Positions 1-9,270 of a stretch of DNA of 64,000 nt are shown here, in pieces. Each line of letters opens with the position of its first letter. The first letter of the stretch is position 1. The stretch is from an uncultured Clostridia bacterium (lineage in GTDB: Bacteria; Bacillota; Clostridia; HGM11514). The notes under the pieces were generated by a model. The model saw only the letters and a program-made list of their open reading frames with translations, did not search any database and was not told where the DNA came from. Both the position numbers and the translations under genes were made by a program. The stretch spans positions 1,591 through 65,590 of the forward strand of contig CAKSKB010000008.1 of NCBI GenBank assembly GCA_934464705.1, given 5' to 3'.

Positions 1-585
1 ACTTCTGCGTCCGAACCTTCGGTTTTGATTGAAGCTGTGTAAAGATAATCCGTGCCGTTGGGATACTGAGCATAATCAAGATACTCATCATTGTATGTAA
101 GAGTTGTGGAATAACCGAATTTGTCCGCAAATTCGTCAGTCCCTGCGACACCGAAGCCGATTGCCCTCATGCTGCCGAGGTCGGTAATGCCAAGGTCGGA
201 AAGTTTCGCCGAAACAACCGCGTCTTTGCCTTTTTTCTCAACAATTCTGTCAAGAACGGCCTCATCGGTTACCTTTGAAAATGCGCTGAACGGAATGTCA
301 CGGCTGCCGCGGATTGCCGCTTTGCCGTTGCCTCTGATTACAATACCGTCTGCATCTTCAATTTTGATTGTGTCCGTCAGGTTGTAGTCACCCTCGTCGA
401 GGTCAATAACAACCGTTCCGTCGATTGCCTTTGCGGCATCGATTGCGGACTGAATGTCCTTGTAATCACGGGTTTCGCCGACTTTAATGAAAGTCGCTTC
501 GATTTTCTGTGTGTCTGCAGAAATAACGGTGAACATAGAAAGAACCATAATTGCCGCAAGCACAAATGCTGTCAATTTTTTCATG
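1..585 (-). CDS. Secreted right-handed beta-helix (pectin-lyase-fold) protein, N-terminal part only; the C-terminus runs off the window start. It is a paralog of the CDS at 25964..27805
   Basis: Translating the minus strand from the ATG at 585 gives MKKLTAFVLAAIMVLSMFTVISA, a Sec signal peptide. This is followed by IKVGETRDYKDIQSAIDAAKAIDGTVVIDLDEGDYNLTDTIKIEDADGIVIRGNGKAAIRGSRDIP, which aligns by eye to the N-terminus of the 25964..27805 protein (GTYEINESIVFTRDNVTVKANGDVNFKGSRKIP). There is no stop codon before position 1. The ORF track missed it because the frame is open-ended. Confidence 0.6.
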
Positions 586-942
586 TGTTTACTCCTTTAT
601 TTTAGTTTTGTACATATATTATAAATGATAACAACGGTTTTGTCAATATCAAATTCTGCAGTTTAATGTCATTTATTTATACAAAGTTCCAGAAGGTCAT
701 CAAGCTTTGCCGTTGCAAGGCATTCTACAGTGTCCGAATGCATCATACGGAACATCATCTTTTGTCAGAATCGGATTACCTTCAAATTTTTTTATAACTT
801 TGCTTGATTTAAGCTCAGGATACATTTTTGGCATAAAAAGCCCCTCCGTAATTTTTTCTTCTATTATAGTATATAATTAAAATAATGTCAATAAATATAA
901 TAACAAATATCAATAGTTTTATAATAAAAGTCAAGCAAACAC

Positions 943-972
943 AAAAATTGCACCCGAACTCAAATTCGGGTG
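943..972 (-). terminator. Rho-independent terminator downstream of the cohesin/CAO-domain surface protein gene
   Basis: Hairpin cacccgaa-ctcaaa-ttcgggtg. On the minus strand it is followed by TTTTTGTGTTTG. It lies just 3' of the stop codon of the 989..2221 gene. Confidence 0.6.
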
Positions 973-988
973 CAATAAAAAGCACATA

Positions 989-2221
989 TTAACCTATAAC
1001 TTTAACGGTTTTTGTTGCGTCGTCCCAGTCAACATCTGCGCCGAGAGCCTCTGCCACAAACCTAGAGGGGGTAAGGGTTCTGCCGTCAATGATTGTTGCG
1101 GGAACATCAATTTCAACTTCCTCGCCGTCGATTGTTGCGATATTGCTGTCGATAACGAGTTTGATTGTCTTGGTGCCGTTTGTAACGGTGACTGTCTTGG
1201 TTGCATCGTCCCAGTCAACATCTGCGCCGAGTGATTCGGCTACAAATCTCGAGGGTGTCATTGTTCTGCCGTCAAGAATCTGAGCAGGAACATCGATTTT
1301 AACCTCTTTGCCGTTAACGGTGGGGGCATCGGAACCGATAACCATTATGATTTCGGTTTTGTCCGATGATGCACTTCCGTCACCAACAACAACTGTTGCC
1401 ATCGAAAACAGCTTATTGTAATTTTCATATTCACCGGCATCGGTGATGTTACCTGTAAAAAAGTATTCGCCGGGGGTGTTTCCGTCAAAACCCGAAACAA
1501 GCGAACCTGCGGTCCATGTCATTTTAACGGTACCGGTTGTGCCGTCATCAAGCTTAACTTCAACATCGGAAGGAAGCTTTGCAATAACTTCGTCAGCGGA
1601 AGTACCAACAGGAACGGTAATTTTATCAACACCAACGATTTCGGTAATCAGCTTGGATGATTTACCTTCGCCGACCATAACATTTGCATTTTCCATTGTT
1701 ATCGGAGCTTCGGTTGTAAGATTGTCGGTGAACACCATTGCACCGTCAGTAAACGAAGAATCGAATTTTGCAGTTTTGTCTTTAACCGCAAAGCTCAGCT
1801 TTGCATCACCTTCTGCAATCGCCTTGAATTTCAAAGTGCAAAGCGTAACATTTTCTTCCACTTTTGCAGGGGAATCTTCCATTGTATCAGGTGTGAAGCC
1901 TGCTGCATAAGTAACAACACTATCAGCTGCCTTGGAATAAATTGTACCCATGCCGGCATCCTTGAGTGACGAATCAAGCTTTATCGGGTCAGCTGCGTCA
2001 TATTCAAGAACAGAAGCATTATAAAAAACAGCAATCTGATAAGACCTGAGTTCTTTAACCGTGTTGCCATTAAGCGTTACATTAACCGTAACCGTATCCC
2101 CGACCGCAACTTTTTCAGCCGAAGCTTCAAGCTTAACCGTCATGCCCTCGCCTTCTGCAAAAACAGCAAAGCAGGAAAGGCAGAGCGCCATTGCCAAAAC
2201 AAATGCAAGTATTTTTTTCAT
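989..2221 (-). CDS. Cell-surface protein with a signal peptide, an N-terminal cohesin-like domain, an Ig-like domain, and two C-terminal copper-amine-oxidase N-terminal-like (Cu_amine_oxidN1) repeats
   Basis: Signal peptide MKKILAFVLAMALCLSCFAVFA. Cohesin-like beta-sandwich segment VGDTVTVNVTLNGNTVKELRSYQIAVFYNASVLEY...GFTPD...VTLCTLKFKAIAEGDAKLSF. Two tandem repeats GKEVKIDVPAQILDGRTMTPSRFVAESLGADVDWDDATKTVTV and GEEVEIDVPATIIDGRTLTPSRFVAEALGADVDWDDATKTVKV, typical of the Clostridia 'copper amine oxidase-like' stalk/anchor domain. Confidence 0.7.
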   Translation of the reverse strand: MKKILAFVLAMALCLSCFAVFAEGEGMTVKLEASAEKVAVGDTVTVNVTLNGNTVKELRSYQIAVFYNASVLEYDAADPIKLDSSLKDAGMGTIYSKAADSVVTYAAGFTPDTMEDSPAKVEENVTLCTLKFKAIAEGDAKLSFAVKDKTAKFDSSFTDGAMVFTDNLTTEAPITMENANVMVGEGKSSKLITEIVGVDKITVPVGTSADEVIAKLPSDVEVKLDDGTTGTVKMTWTAGSLVSGFDGNTPGEYFFTGNITDAGEYENYNKLFSMATVVVGDGSASSDKTEIIMVIGSDAPTVNGKEVKIDVPAQILDGRTMTPSRFVAESLGADVDWDDATKTVTVTNGTKTIKLVIDSNIATIDGEEVEIDVPATIIDGRTLTPSRFVAEALGADVDWDDATKTVKVIG

Positions 2222-2300
2222 GATTGTTTTATCCTTTCTCTATGGGTTTCTGATAAATATAGGGCTGTCTTGCGACAGCCCCATATATTACAGAGTCTAA

Positions 2301-4937
2301 TTATTTCTTAATGTAAAGGTTGTAAACAACAACTGCTGCCTGTGCTCTGTTAGCTGTTGCAAGAGGTGCGAATGTTCCGTCGCCCATACCGTTGATTACG
2401 CCGATACCGGACATGTAAAGAACTGCGTCATGAGCATAATCGGAAATTTCACCGTCATCTTCGAATACGCTTGTGAGACCTTCGTCAGGCTTGATACCTG
2501 CAACATCAAGTGCTCTCTTAGCGAATACAGCCATATCTTCACGAGTGATTACTGCGTTAGGATCAAATGCGCCGTTTTCGTAACCGTAAGCGATTCCGAG
2601 GGAACTTGCAATCTTAACTGTTTCATAGAACCAGTCGCCTGTTGAAACATCGGTAAATTCCTTAATTTCGGAACCAGCCTGGAAGTTATAAAGTCTTACG
2701 AGCATTGCAAGGAATTCAGCTCTTGTTACATTGTCTGCGGGAGCAAATGCAGAAGAAGTCTTACCGCTTACAATACCGAGAAGTCTCATTGTTTCAATCT
2801 GAGTTGCTGCCCAGTTGTAACCTTCAAGATCGGTGAACGGGCTGGACTTGATTACTTCTTCTCCGGCAATATCGTCGTCTGTTGAAGGAAGAAGCGAGTT
2901 GCTGCCCTTGTTTCCGCCCTTATAGGGTCCAACAGGTGTATTATTGCCGCCGCCGTTACCGTTTACATAAAGTGTAAAGGAAGCCGATACACCGCTGCCT
3001 GTTCTTGCAGAAATAGTAACCTTACCGGATGAGTTCTTTGTCTTAATTGTTGCAGACTTGTCACCGGTTGAGGTAACTGTTGCATATGCTGTGTTAGAAG
3101 AAGACCATGTAATTGTGTCTACTGCATCAGCGGGAGTAAGAACTGCATATACTGTCTTAGCGGAAAGTGTGTTCATTGTAAGAGAAGTAATTGCAGCAAC
3201 AGCTGTTGCGCTGTTCTTAATCTCAATCTTTGTTGCGCCTGAGTTTGTGATTGTAACCTTAAGTACAATTGCCTGAGTGTGAGCATAGATATCCGACCAT
3301 GTACCGTTGATTGTGTATACAGCAGCTGTCTTGCCGTCAAATTTTGCAACGTCTGCCGCATTCCATGCAATATCCTTGCCTTCAACAGTAACCTTTGTGT
3401 TATCGGTATATGTTGCTGTAAGCTTAACTGCACCTGTAGCCTTCTCAGCAGTCATACCTGCATCGTTCTTATAAGAAACTTCAACAGTTGTCTTATCAAA
3501 TGTAACATCTTTCTTTCCTGCAGGAACGGAAACTGTTACGGAAACTTCAAAGTCACCAAAGTCAAAACCTTCAACTTCAGGCTTGAACTTAATTATATCT
3601 CCGACTTTGTATCCGCCTTCGGGAGCGGTTGTTGTCTTTGTCCAAGTTGTTACATCCTTGAATATCGGAGCATTGGAATTATTTGTACCGTAGATTGTTG
3701 CCGGAAGAACTGCCTTAGCTGCGTCTTCAATATTTTCAGCATCAACATCTACCTTAGCGGTAGCCGGTGTTGTAATTGTCTTAAAGCTTGTTTCTGTTGC
3801 AGCTGCTGCAAATGTTACATGTGCAACTGCTTTTTTGCCGTCAACATCAATGTTGCTTGTTCCGGCAAGTGTACCTTCAACATCTCTGGTACCTGCGGTC
3901 TTATCTGTAACTGCTGCCCATGTAACAGCAAGTTCAGCTGTGCTGTCATCATTAAGAGTTACAGTGATTGTTGCAGGAAGAACCGGGTCAGCGTCAGCCT
4001 TAGCGTTAACGGAGATTTCTGCATCTTCCTTAACCTTAAGCTTATCAACGGTTACATTAGCCTTAACCGTGATTGCAGTGCCTGTGTAATTTACACCTTC
4101 GGGAGCAGTAACGGCACCTGTAAATTCATAAGTGCCTGCTGCATCGGAATTGTAGTTTGCGGGAGCTGCCCATGTGATTGACGCTGTTTTGTCAGCCGTG
4201 CCGCCCTCATCGTCTGTGTATGTAACCTTAACTGTTGCAAACTTTGCTGCAAGGTCAGCTACTACTTCATCAGCTGTCTTAGCGCCGATTGCGTAGTTTG
4301 CTGTGAATGTTGCTGTTTCGGGAGTACCGGAAACATAAGAAACATCACCAACTCTGAAAGCAACGGGTTCAACTGTAACTACAGCTTCGGAAGGAGTTGT
4401 TACGAGAGTTTCGCCTTTCGGGTCAAGCGCAAGACCGGTTTGACCGTTTTTAATTGCCTTTACTCTGAACTTAACAACTTCGATTTCTGAAACATTATCA
4501 ACCTGCTTAACACCTGCATCGGGAGACATAGCAAGAGTATATGTCCACTTACCGTTCGCAGCATCTACGCTCGGTTTAATTTTAACATAATAGCCTGTTT
4601 CTTCATCGGCATTGTAAAGATCGCTTCTGTCAATAAAAACATCTTTTGCTTTAGTAGCATCATTTCCGTCTTTATCCACGAACTTAAGAACATCTTTGTC
4701 AAAGCATACAGCTAACTGTGCGCCTTTGAAAGCATTTTCTGAAATATCGGAAAGCCGAACGCCGATCTGATATGTATTGCCGGCTGCCAGATTTCCTGTT
4801 ACAGGAGTGCCGTCATTATTATAAGCAACGAAGCTCAGCGTAGCGGTAGCCGCAGCAGCGGAAACGGAAATCGCCGAGAAAACCGTCACCATCATAGCAA
4901 AGACAAGCACTAATGAGATAATTTTCTTGAGTTTCAT
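2301..4937 (-). CDS. S-layer-homology (SLH) anchored surface protein with an N-terminal cohesin-like domain and multiple Ig-like (Big_2-type) domains
   Basis: Signal peptide MKLKKIISLVLVFAMMVTVFSAISVSA. Cohesin-like segment ATLSFVAYNNDGTPVTGNLAAGNTYQIGVRLSD...AQLAVCFDKDVLKF...KFRVKAIKNGQTGLALD. Big_2-like segment LSAKTVYAVLTPADAVDTITWSSSNTAYATVTS...KVTISARTGSGVSASFTLYV. Three C-terminal SLH repeats (FTDLEGYNWAATQIETMRLLGIVSG; FTDVSTGDWFYETVKIASSLGIAYGYENGAFDPNAVITREDMAVFAKRAL; ISDYAHDAVLYMSGIGVINGMGDGTFAPLATANRAQAAVVVYNL). Confidence 0.75.
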   Translation of the reverse strand: MKLKKIISLVLVFAMMVTVFSAISVSAAAATATLSFVAYNNDGTPVTGNLAAGNTYQIGVRLSDISENAFKGAQLAVCFDKDVLKFVDKDGNDATKAKDVFIDRSDLYNADEETGYYVKIKPSVDAANGKWTYTLAMSPDAGVKQVDNVSEIEVVKFRVKAIKNGQTGLALDPKGETLVTTPSEAVVTVEPVAFRVGDVSYVSGTPETATFTANYAIGAKTADEVVADLAAKFATVKVTYTDDEGGTADKTASITWAAPANYNSDAAGTYEFTGAVTAPEGVNYTGTAITVKANVTVDKLKVKEDAEISVNAKADADPVLPATITVTLNDDSTAELAVTWAAVTDKTAGTRDVEGTLAGTSNIDVDGKKAVAHVTFAAAATETSFKTITTPATAKVDVDAENIEDAAKAVLPATIYGTNNSNAPIFKDVTTWTKTTTAPEGGYKVGDIIKFKPEVEGFDFGDFEVSVTVSVPAGKKDVTFDKTTVEVSYKNDAGMTAEKATGAVKLTATYTDNTKVTVEGKDIAWNAADVAKFDGKTAAVYTINGTWSDIYAHTQAIVLKVTITNSGATKIEIKNSATAVAAITSLTMNTLSAKTVYAVLTPADAVDTITWSSSNTAYATVTSTGDKSATIKTKNSSGKVTISARTGSGVSASFTLYVNGNGGGNNTPVGPYKGGNKGSNSLLPSTDDDIAGEEVIKSSPFTDLEGYNWAATQIETMRLLGIVSGKTSSAFAPADNVTRAEFLAMLVRLYNFQAGSEIKEFTDVSTGDWFYETVKIASSLGIAYGYENGAFDPNAVITREDMAVFAKRALDVAGIKPDEGLTSVFEDDGEISDYAHDAVLYMSGIGVINGMGDGTFAPLATANRAQAAVVVYNLYIKK

Positions 4938-4999
4938 AATTTGTCCTCTTCTTTCTTAAAATTTTTATACTTTAATTCTTTTCAAAAATTAAACAAAAA

Positions 5000-5557
5000 T
5001 CAATAAGCCTTACCAAAGTTATCGATAACAATGTTGTAGTCAAGCAAGTTAACTTTACCGTCACCGTTAAGATCAGCTTTCTCGTTAAATCCTGCTGCAC
5101 CGGAAGCTGTACCAAATGCATCTATAATAATGTTATAGTCAAGCAAGTTAACTTTTCCGTCCCCATTAGCATCGCCGGCACCGCCTGCTGCAAACGAAAG
5201 AGCTGCGGACTTGGGAGCTGCAACGCCCGTACCGCCTACATACACGGTGAACTTTTCGCCGAACTTTGCTGTGTCAACACCGAGCTTGAATGTTGCCTTA
5301 CCGCCTGTTGCCTTAGCCTGGTCAACATATGCAATATCGTTTTCGCTTACGCTTGCAAGGTTAACACCGTTTTTAACAACAAGGATAGTAACATACTGCT
5401 CTGCTGCAGGGTCTGTAACAGTAACTTCTACATCAGCTGTTTTTGCTTCTTTATCAGCTGTAACCGCAGGTGCCGCAATCTCAGCCGCAAAAGCGGACAC
5501 GGACAGAAGCATTACCAAAACCAGCCCGAAGCAAATTCCCCTAACCAAATTTTTCAT
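5000..5557 (-). CDS. Small secreted type-I dockerin protein: signal peptide, a roughly 110-aa domain of unknown function, and a dockerin. No catalytic module
   Basis: Signal peptide MKNLVRGICFGLVLVMLLSVSAFA. Two calcium-binding F-hand dockerin repeats DANGDGKVNLLDYNIIIDAFG and DLNGDGKVNLLDYNIVIDNFG at the C-terminus. Confidence 0.8.
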   Translation of the reverse strand: MKNLVRGICFGLVLVMLLSVSAFAAEIAAPAVTADKEAKTADVEVTVTDPAAEQYVTILVVKNGVNLASVSENDIAYVDQAKATGGKATFKLGVDTAKFGEKFTVYVGGTGVAAPKSAALSFAAGGAGDANGDGKVNLLDYNIIIDAFGTASGAAGFNEKADLNGDGKVNLLDYNIVIDNFGKAY

Positions 5558-5628
5558 AACATTTTCCTCCTTCTAACTTAAAAGCTTAAACGCACGACAT
5601 ACCTCGCACATTAATACAATATATAACT

Positions 5629-5656
5629 ATTGTAACACAAAAATCAAATTTTGCAA
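5629..5656 (-). promoter_or_regulatory. Putative sigma-A promoter for the dockerin gene
   Basis: On the minus strand TTGCAA (-35), a 16-nt spacer, then TACAAT (-10). This is followed by RBS GAAGGAGGA and the ATG at 5557. Confidence 0.4.
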
Positions 5657-5748
5657 GTGTTTTTTTAAAATTTTTTATTAATATTTTTTTACAAAAAAGG
5701 AAAATCAAATATTTTGTGTCTGCTTTTCCGCATAAACACTATATATAG

Positions 5749-6405
5749 TCAAGATTTTTCCGACAATAATTTCAAAAATTTTTTTGTGCTTTCTTCGATA
5801 TTATTTTTACCGAAAACCGCCGAACCGGCGACGATAACATTTGCGCCGGCGTAGAGGACTTCCGAAACATTATCCTCGGTTATGCCGCCGTCAACCTCGA
5901 TATCGACGGGTCTGTCGATGATTTTTCCTTTAAGTGCACGGATTTTATCGGTTATCTGCGGAATGTACTTCTGACCGCCAAAACCCGGGTTTACCGACAT
6001 CAGCAGCACCATATCCACATCATCGAGAACATAATCGAGCACCGACAGCGGTGTTGAAGGGTTGAGAGCGATTCCGGCTTTTTTGCCAAGCTCCTTAATC
6101 TGCTGAATGACCCTGTGGCTGTGAGGGGTTGCCTCCGCATGGAAGGTGATTATATCCGCCCCGGCGGCAGCGAAATCCGCAATATACCGTTCGGGAGAAT
6201 CAATCATCAAATGGACATCGAACACAGCAGAGCTGTGCTTTCTCAGCGACTTTATAACCGGAATACCGAACGAGATATTCGGTACAAAGCTGCCGTCCAT
6301 AACATCAAGGTGCAGATAAGGCGCACCGGCATTTTCGGCAGTTTTAACCTGCTCGGCAAGGATTCCGAAATCGCACGAAAGCGCCGACGGCGATAAATAA
6401 TTCAT
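5749..6405 (-). CDS. rpe: Ribulose-phosphate 3-epimerase
   Basis: Rpe family sequence HLDVMDGSFVPNISFG, HLMI, ADIITFHAEA, MSVNPGFGGQ, VDGGI. The start is probably the internal MNYLSPSALSCDF (6405) rather than the ORF-track start at 6423. Confidence 0.9.
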   Translation of the reverse strand: MNYLSPSALSCDFGILAEQVKTAENAGAPYLHLDVMDGSFVPNISFGIPVIKSLRKHSSAVFDVHLMIDSPERYIADFAAAGADIITFHAEATPHSHRVIQQIKELGKKAGIALNPSTPLSVLDYVLDDVDMVLLMSVNPGFGGQKYIPQITDKIRALKGKIIDRPVDIEVDGGITEDNVSEVLYAGANVIVAGSAVFGKNNIEESTKKFLKLLSEKS

Positions 6406-6416
6406 ATGTATTCCTC

Positions 6417-7283
6417 CTACCATTTTTTTACCGATTTAAGTTCCTCAAAAAGTTTTTTATAACTGTTATGCCTTGACTTGCTCACAATTTTTTGCTTAAC
6501 CGCATTCATAACCGCACAGTCCGGCTCGGCGATATGATTGCAGCCGGAAAACCGGCACATACCGTCAAATGCCCTGAACTCCGGAAAATAGTTTTTAAGT
6601 TCCTCCGCCTCCATGGAATCAACTTCAAAAGAACCGAAGCCGGGCGTATCTATAACCAGTGCGCCGTTTGAAAGCTCCATGAGTTCGGCGTGCCTTGTTG
6701 TATGCCTGCCTCTTTCGATTTTGCTCACCTCGCCCGTTTCAAGCACGAAATGCGGCGCAAGGCGATTGAGAAGGCTTGACTTCCCGACGCCGGAATTACC
6801 GGTAAAAGCTGAAATTTTGCCCTTAAGCAGTTCTTTCAGTTCCTCCGTACCGCTGCCGTCATCGGCACTTGTCACAACAACGCTGTAACCCGTTTTGCCG
6901 TAAATCTTTTTAAGTCTTGCGGTATCTGCAAGGTCGCTTTTATTGATACAGATTATCGGCTCTATCCCCCGGAGTTCCGCCGCAACCGTCATTTTATCGA
7001 GAAGCACGGTATCGGGCGCCGGGGAGGTAACCGCAGCAACGATTACAACGCAGTCAACATTGGCGACGGCGGGTCTGACAAGGCTGTTTTTCCTCGGGAA
7101 AATTTCCGCCAGAAACAGTCCTCCGCCGCCGTCGTCGGAAACCGACGCTCTGTCGCCCACGAGAGGGGTTATCCCGTTTTTTCGGAACACTCCCCTCGCG
7201 CGGCATTCTATAACCATTCCGTCTGCGGTTTTGACATAGTAAAAACCGCCTATTCCTTTTACAATAACACCATTATTCATCAA
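6417..7283 (-). CDS. rsgA: Ribosome small-subunit-dependent GTPase A (YloQ/EngC)
   Basis: Circularly permuted GTPase: NKSDL (G4) lies before GNSGVGKSSLLNRL (G1), and DTPGF (G3). C-terminal zinc-finger cysteines CRFSGCNHIAEPDC. Position between prkC and rpe is conserved. Confidence 0.9.
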   Translation of the reverse strand: MMNNGVIVKGIGGFYYVKTADGMVIECRARGVFRKNGITPLVGDRASVSDDGGGGLFLAEIFPRKNSLVRPAVANVDCVVIVAAVTSPAPDTVLLDKMTVAAELRGIEPIICINKSDLADTARLKKIYGKTGYSVVVTSADDGSGTEELKELLKGKISAFTGNSGVGKSSLLNRLAPHFVLETGEVSKIERGRHTTRHAELMELSNGALVIDTPGFGSFEVDSMEAEELKNYFPEFRAFDGMCRFSGCNHIAEPDCAVMNAVKQKIVSKSRHNSYKKLFEELKSVKKW

Positions 7284-9270
7284 AATTTACATTCTCGCTT
7301 CTTGCAAGTTCTCCGTCAAAATATACCTCAACATTTTTCGTGCCGCTGCCGGTTATTCTCACATCAGCGGTGCCGTTGCTTGTGCTGTAGTTCTGATTAA
7401 ACACCTCTTTGCCGTCGATTTTGATAGTTACATCAACCTTTTCGCGGTCTGTCGGAAGATCAACGGTGAGATAAACCGTTTTAAGTTCCGGCTGGTCCTG
7501 GGTTGAGCCGATTGACTCCGAAGTGGTATTTTTCTTGGGTGCTTCGCCGCTGCTTATCACAACATTTATTCTATATCCCTTTTTGATTTCGGTCCCGGCG
7601 TCGGGCGACTGCGAAATAACCGTACCCTTAGGCTCGCTGCTCTCCTGCTCCGTTACCGACCCCCATGTAAAGCCGCTCGACTCAACCTCCGACTTTGCGT
7701 CCGCAGAATCAAGCCCGACGATTCTCGGAACTCTTTCAAGCTTTTCGTCATCCTTTGTCATATTGACATAAAGTTTAACCTTCGTACTGCCCGTAAGCTT
7801 TTTGCCGGCTTTTGGCGTCTGGCTTATAACATAGCCTTCGGGCTGATCGGAGCTCTCATCGGGTATTATTTCATACTCTATATTGTACTTATCAAGCGTC
7901 TTGACCGCATTTTCGTAGTGCTTGCCGGTGAAATCCGGAACCTCCGCAAGACCGTCCTTATTGCCCTTGCTGACGGTAACGGTTATCGTTATATGCTTAT
8001 CGGTAACCTTTTTTCCGGCTTTCGGGGTTTGTTTCACGATATAGCCCTCTTCTTCATAATCAACGGACTCGACTCTTTCTGCAGCCTCTTTGATTGTAAC
8101 GGTCTTATCGTTTTTATACTCTTTTTTTACATCTTCGATTTTGCGCCCGACAAGATTCGGATACTTATCGATTACAAGCTGTGTTGAATCGCTGCTGAAA
8201 ATATCCGGCTTTATCGCACGGACGAAAACAAACACGAATATCGCAACAATAAGCACAGAGCCGATTATCACGAAAAGCTTTGCTTTTTTTTCGTTTTTGG
8301 TTTCCTTTTTGGTCTTTTTGGGTTTCTGAGGCATCCTGTTTTCCTCCTTATATCTATGCGTTACGGGAACATCCCGTCTGTCGCCCGGGTTCAGCACAGA
8401 GGATATGTAATCCTCATAATCCTCTACGGTTTTCGCCGGTTTATCATTTGAATATTCCGCCGCTATTGCACGAAGTTCGGAAAGCATTTCGCCGGCATCG
8501 GCAAAGCGTTCAGCCGGGTTTTTCGCCATTGCCCTGAGGCAGACCGCCTGCAGTTCATAAGGTATCGATATAACAAGGTCACACGGCGGAACGGGGTCCT
8601 TTCTCATATGCATAAGCGCTACCGAAACATGAGAATCGCCGTCAAACGGAACCCGTCCGGTAAGCATCTCATACATCACTACGCCCATGGAATATATATC
8701 CGAGCTTGCGTCCACATAACCGCCTCTCGCCTGCTCCGGCGATATATAATGCACCGAGCCGATTGCGGTTGTACCGTCGGTTGTAACATCTTTATTTGCG
8801 GTTCTGGCGATACCGAAGTCCATGACCTTGAGTACATTGTCGTCGGTCACCATAATATTCTGCGGCTTTATGTCCCTGTGAACTATACCCTTCCTGTGAG
8901 CATGATCCATTGCATCGCAAATCTGAATAGAAAAGTCCAGCGCCTGCGTCCATGGCAGCATACCGTGAATTTTGATATACTCCTTCAATGTAATTCCGTC
9001 GAGAAGTTCCATTACTATATAATGAATACCGTCCTCATACCCGACATCGTAAACCGACACGATATTGTTATGCGAAAGGCTCGCCGCTGCCTGGGATTCA
9101 AGTTCAAAACGGCTGACAAATTCACGGTCCACATTGTACTGATCCTTAAGAACCTTGACCGCCACAAAACGGTTAAGCTTTATGCAGTACGCCTTATACA
9201 CATCCGCCATGCCGCCGCTTCCGATTTTTTCGCGGATTTCATATCTTCCGCCCAAAATTCTTCCTATCAT
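7273..9270 (-). CDS. prkC: Ser/Thr protein kinase with extracellular PASTA repeats (PrkC/StkP type)
   Basis: Hanks kinase motifs GSGGMADVYKA, VAVK, HRDIKPQNIM, DFGIA, SPEQA. A TM segment LFVIIGSVLIVAIFVFVFV. Three PASTA-like repeats (VPDFTGKHYENAVKTL..., VPRIVGLDSADAKSEV...) and a C-terminal beta domain. Confidence 0.92.
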   Translation of the reverse strand: MIGRILGGRYEIREKIGSGGMADVYKAYCIKLNRFVAVKVLKDQYNVDREFVSRFELESQAAASLSHNNIVSVYDVGYEDGIHYIVMELLDGITLKEYIKIHGMLPWTQALDFSIQICDAMDHAHRKGIVHRDIKPQNIMVTDDNVLKVMDFGIARTANKDVTTDGTTAIGSVHYISPEQARGGYVDASSDIYSMGVVMYEMLTGRVPFDGDSHVSVALMHMRKDPVPPCDLVISIPYELQAVCLRAMAKNPAERFADAGEMLSELRAIAAEYSNDKPAKTVEDYEDYISSVLNPGDRRDVPVTHRYKEENRMPQKPKKTKKETKNEKKAKLFVIIGSVLIVAIFVFVFVRAIKPDIFSSDSTQLVIDKYPNLVGRKIEDVKKEYKNDKTVTIKEAAERVESVDYEEEGYIVKQTPKAGKKVTDKHITITVTVSKGNKDGLAEVPDFTGKHYENAVKTLDKYNIEYEIIPDESSDQPEGYVISQTPKAGKKLTGSTKVKLYVNMTKDDEKLERVPRIVGLDSADAKSEVESSGFTWGSVTEQESSEPKGTVISQSPDAGTEIKKGYRINVVISSGEAPKKNTTSESIGSTQDQPELKTVYLTVDLPTDREKVDVTIKIDGKEVFNQNYSTSNGTADVRITGSGTKNVEVYFDGELARSENVNFDE

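Noticed and set aside
121-565. ORF-track entries 121..387 (+) and 377..565 (-)
   Set aside because: The well-supported frame is the open-ended minus-strand frame starting at 585, with a signal peptide and beta-helix homology to the 25964..27805 protein. These two are overlapping alternative-frame ORFs.
3279-4181. 300-aa Cys-rich plus-strand ORF, and several other 60-255-aa ORFs antisense to the SLH/cohesin, giant-protein, mutS/mutL and GH127-like genes (e.g. 24642..25808, 37300..37851, 38185..38961, 46323..47090, 57203..58054, 60840..61586)
   Set aside because: They lie entirely inside well-supported long genes on the opposite strand. They have low-complexity or Cys/Arg-rich composition typical of antisense frames, no RBS and no recognisable motifs. 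Treated as artefacts of long opposite-strand ORFs.
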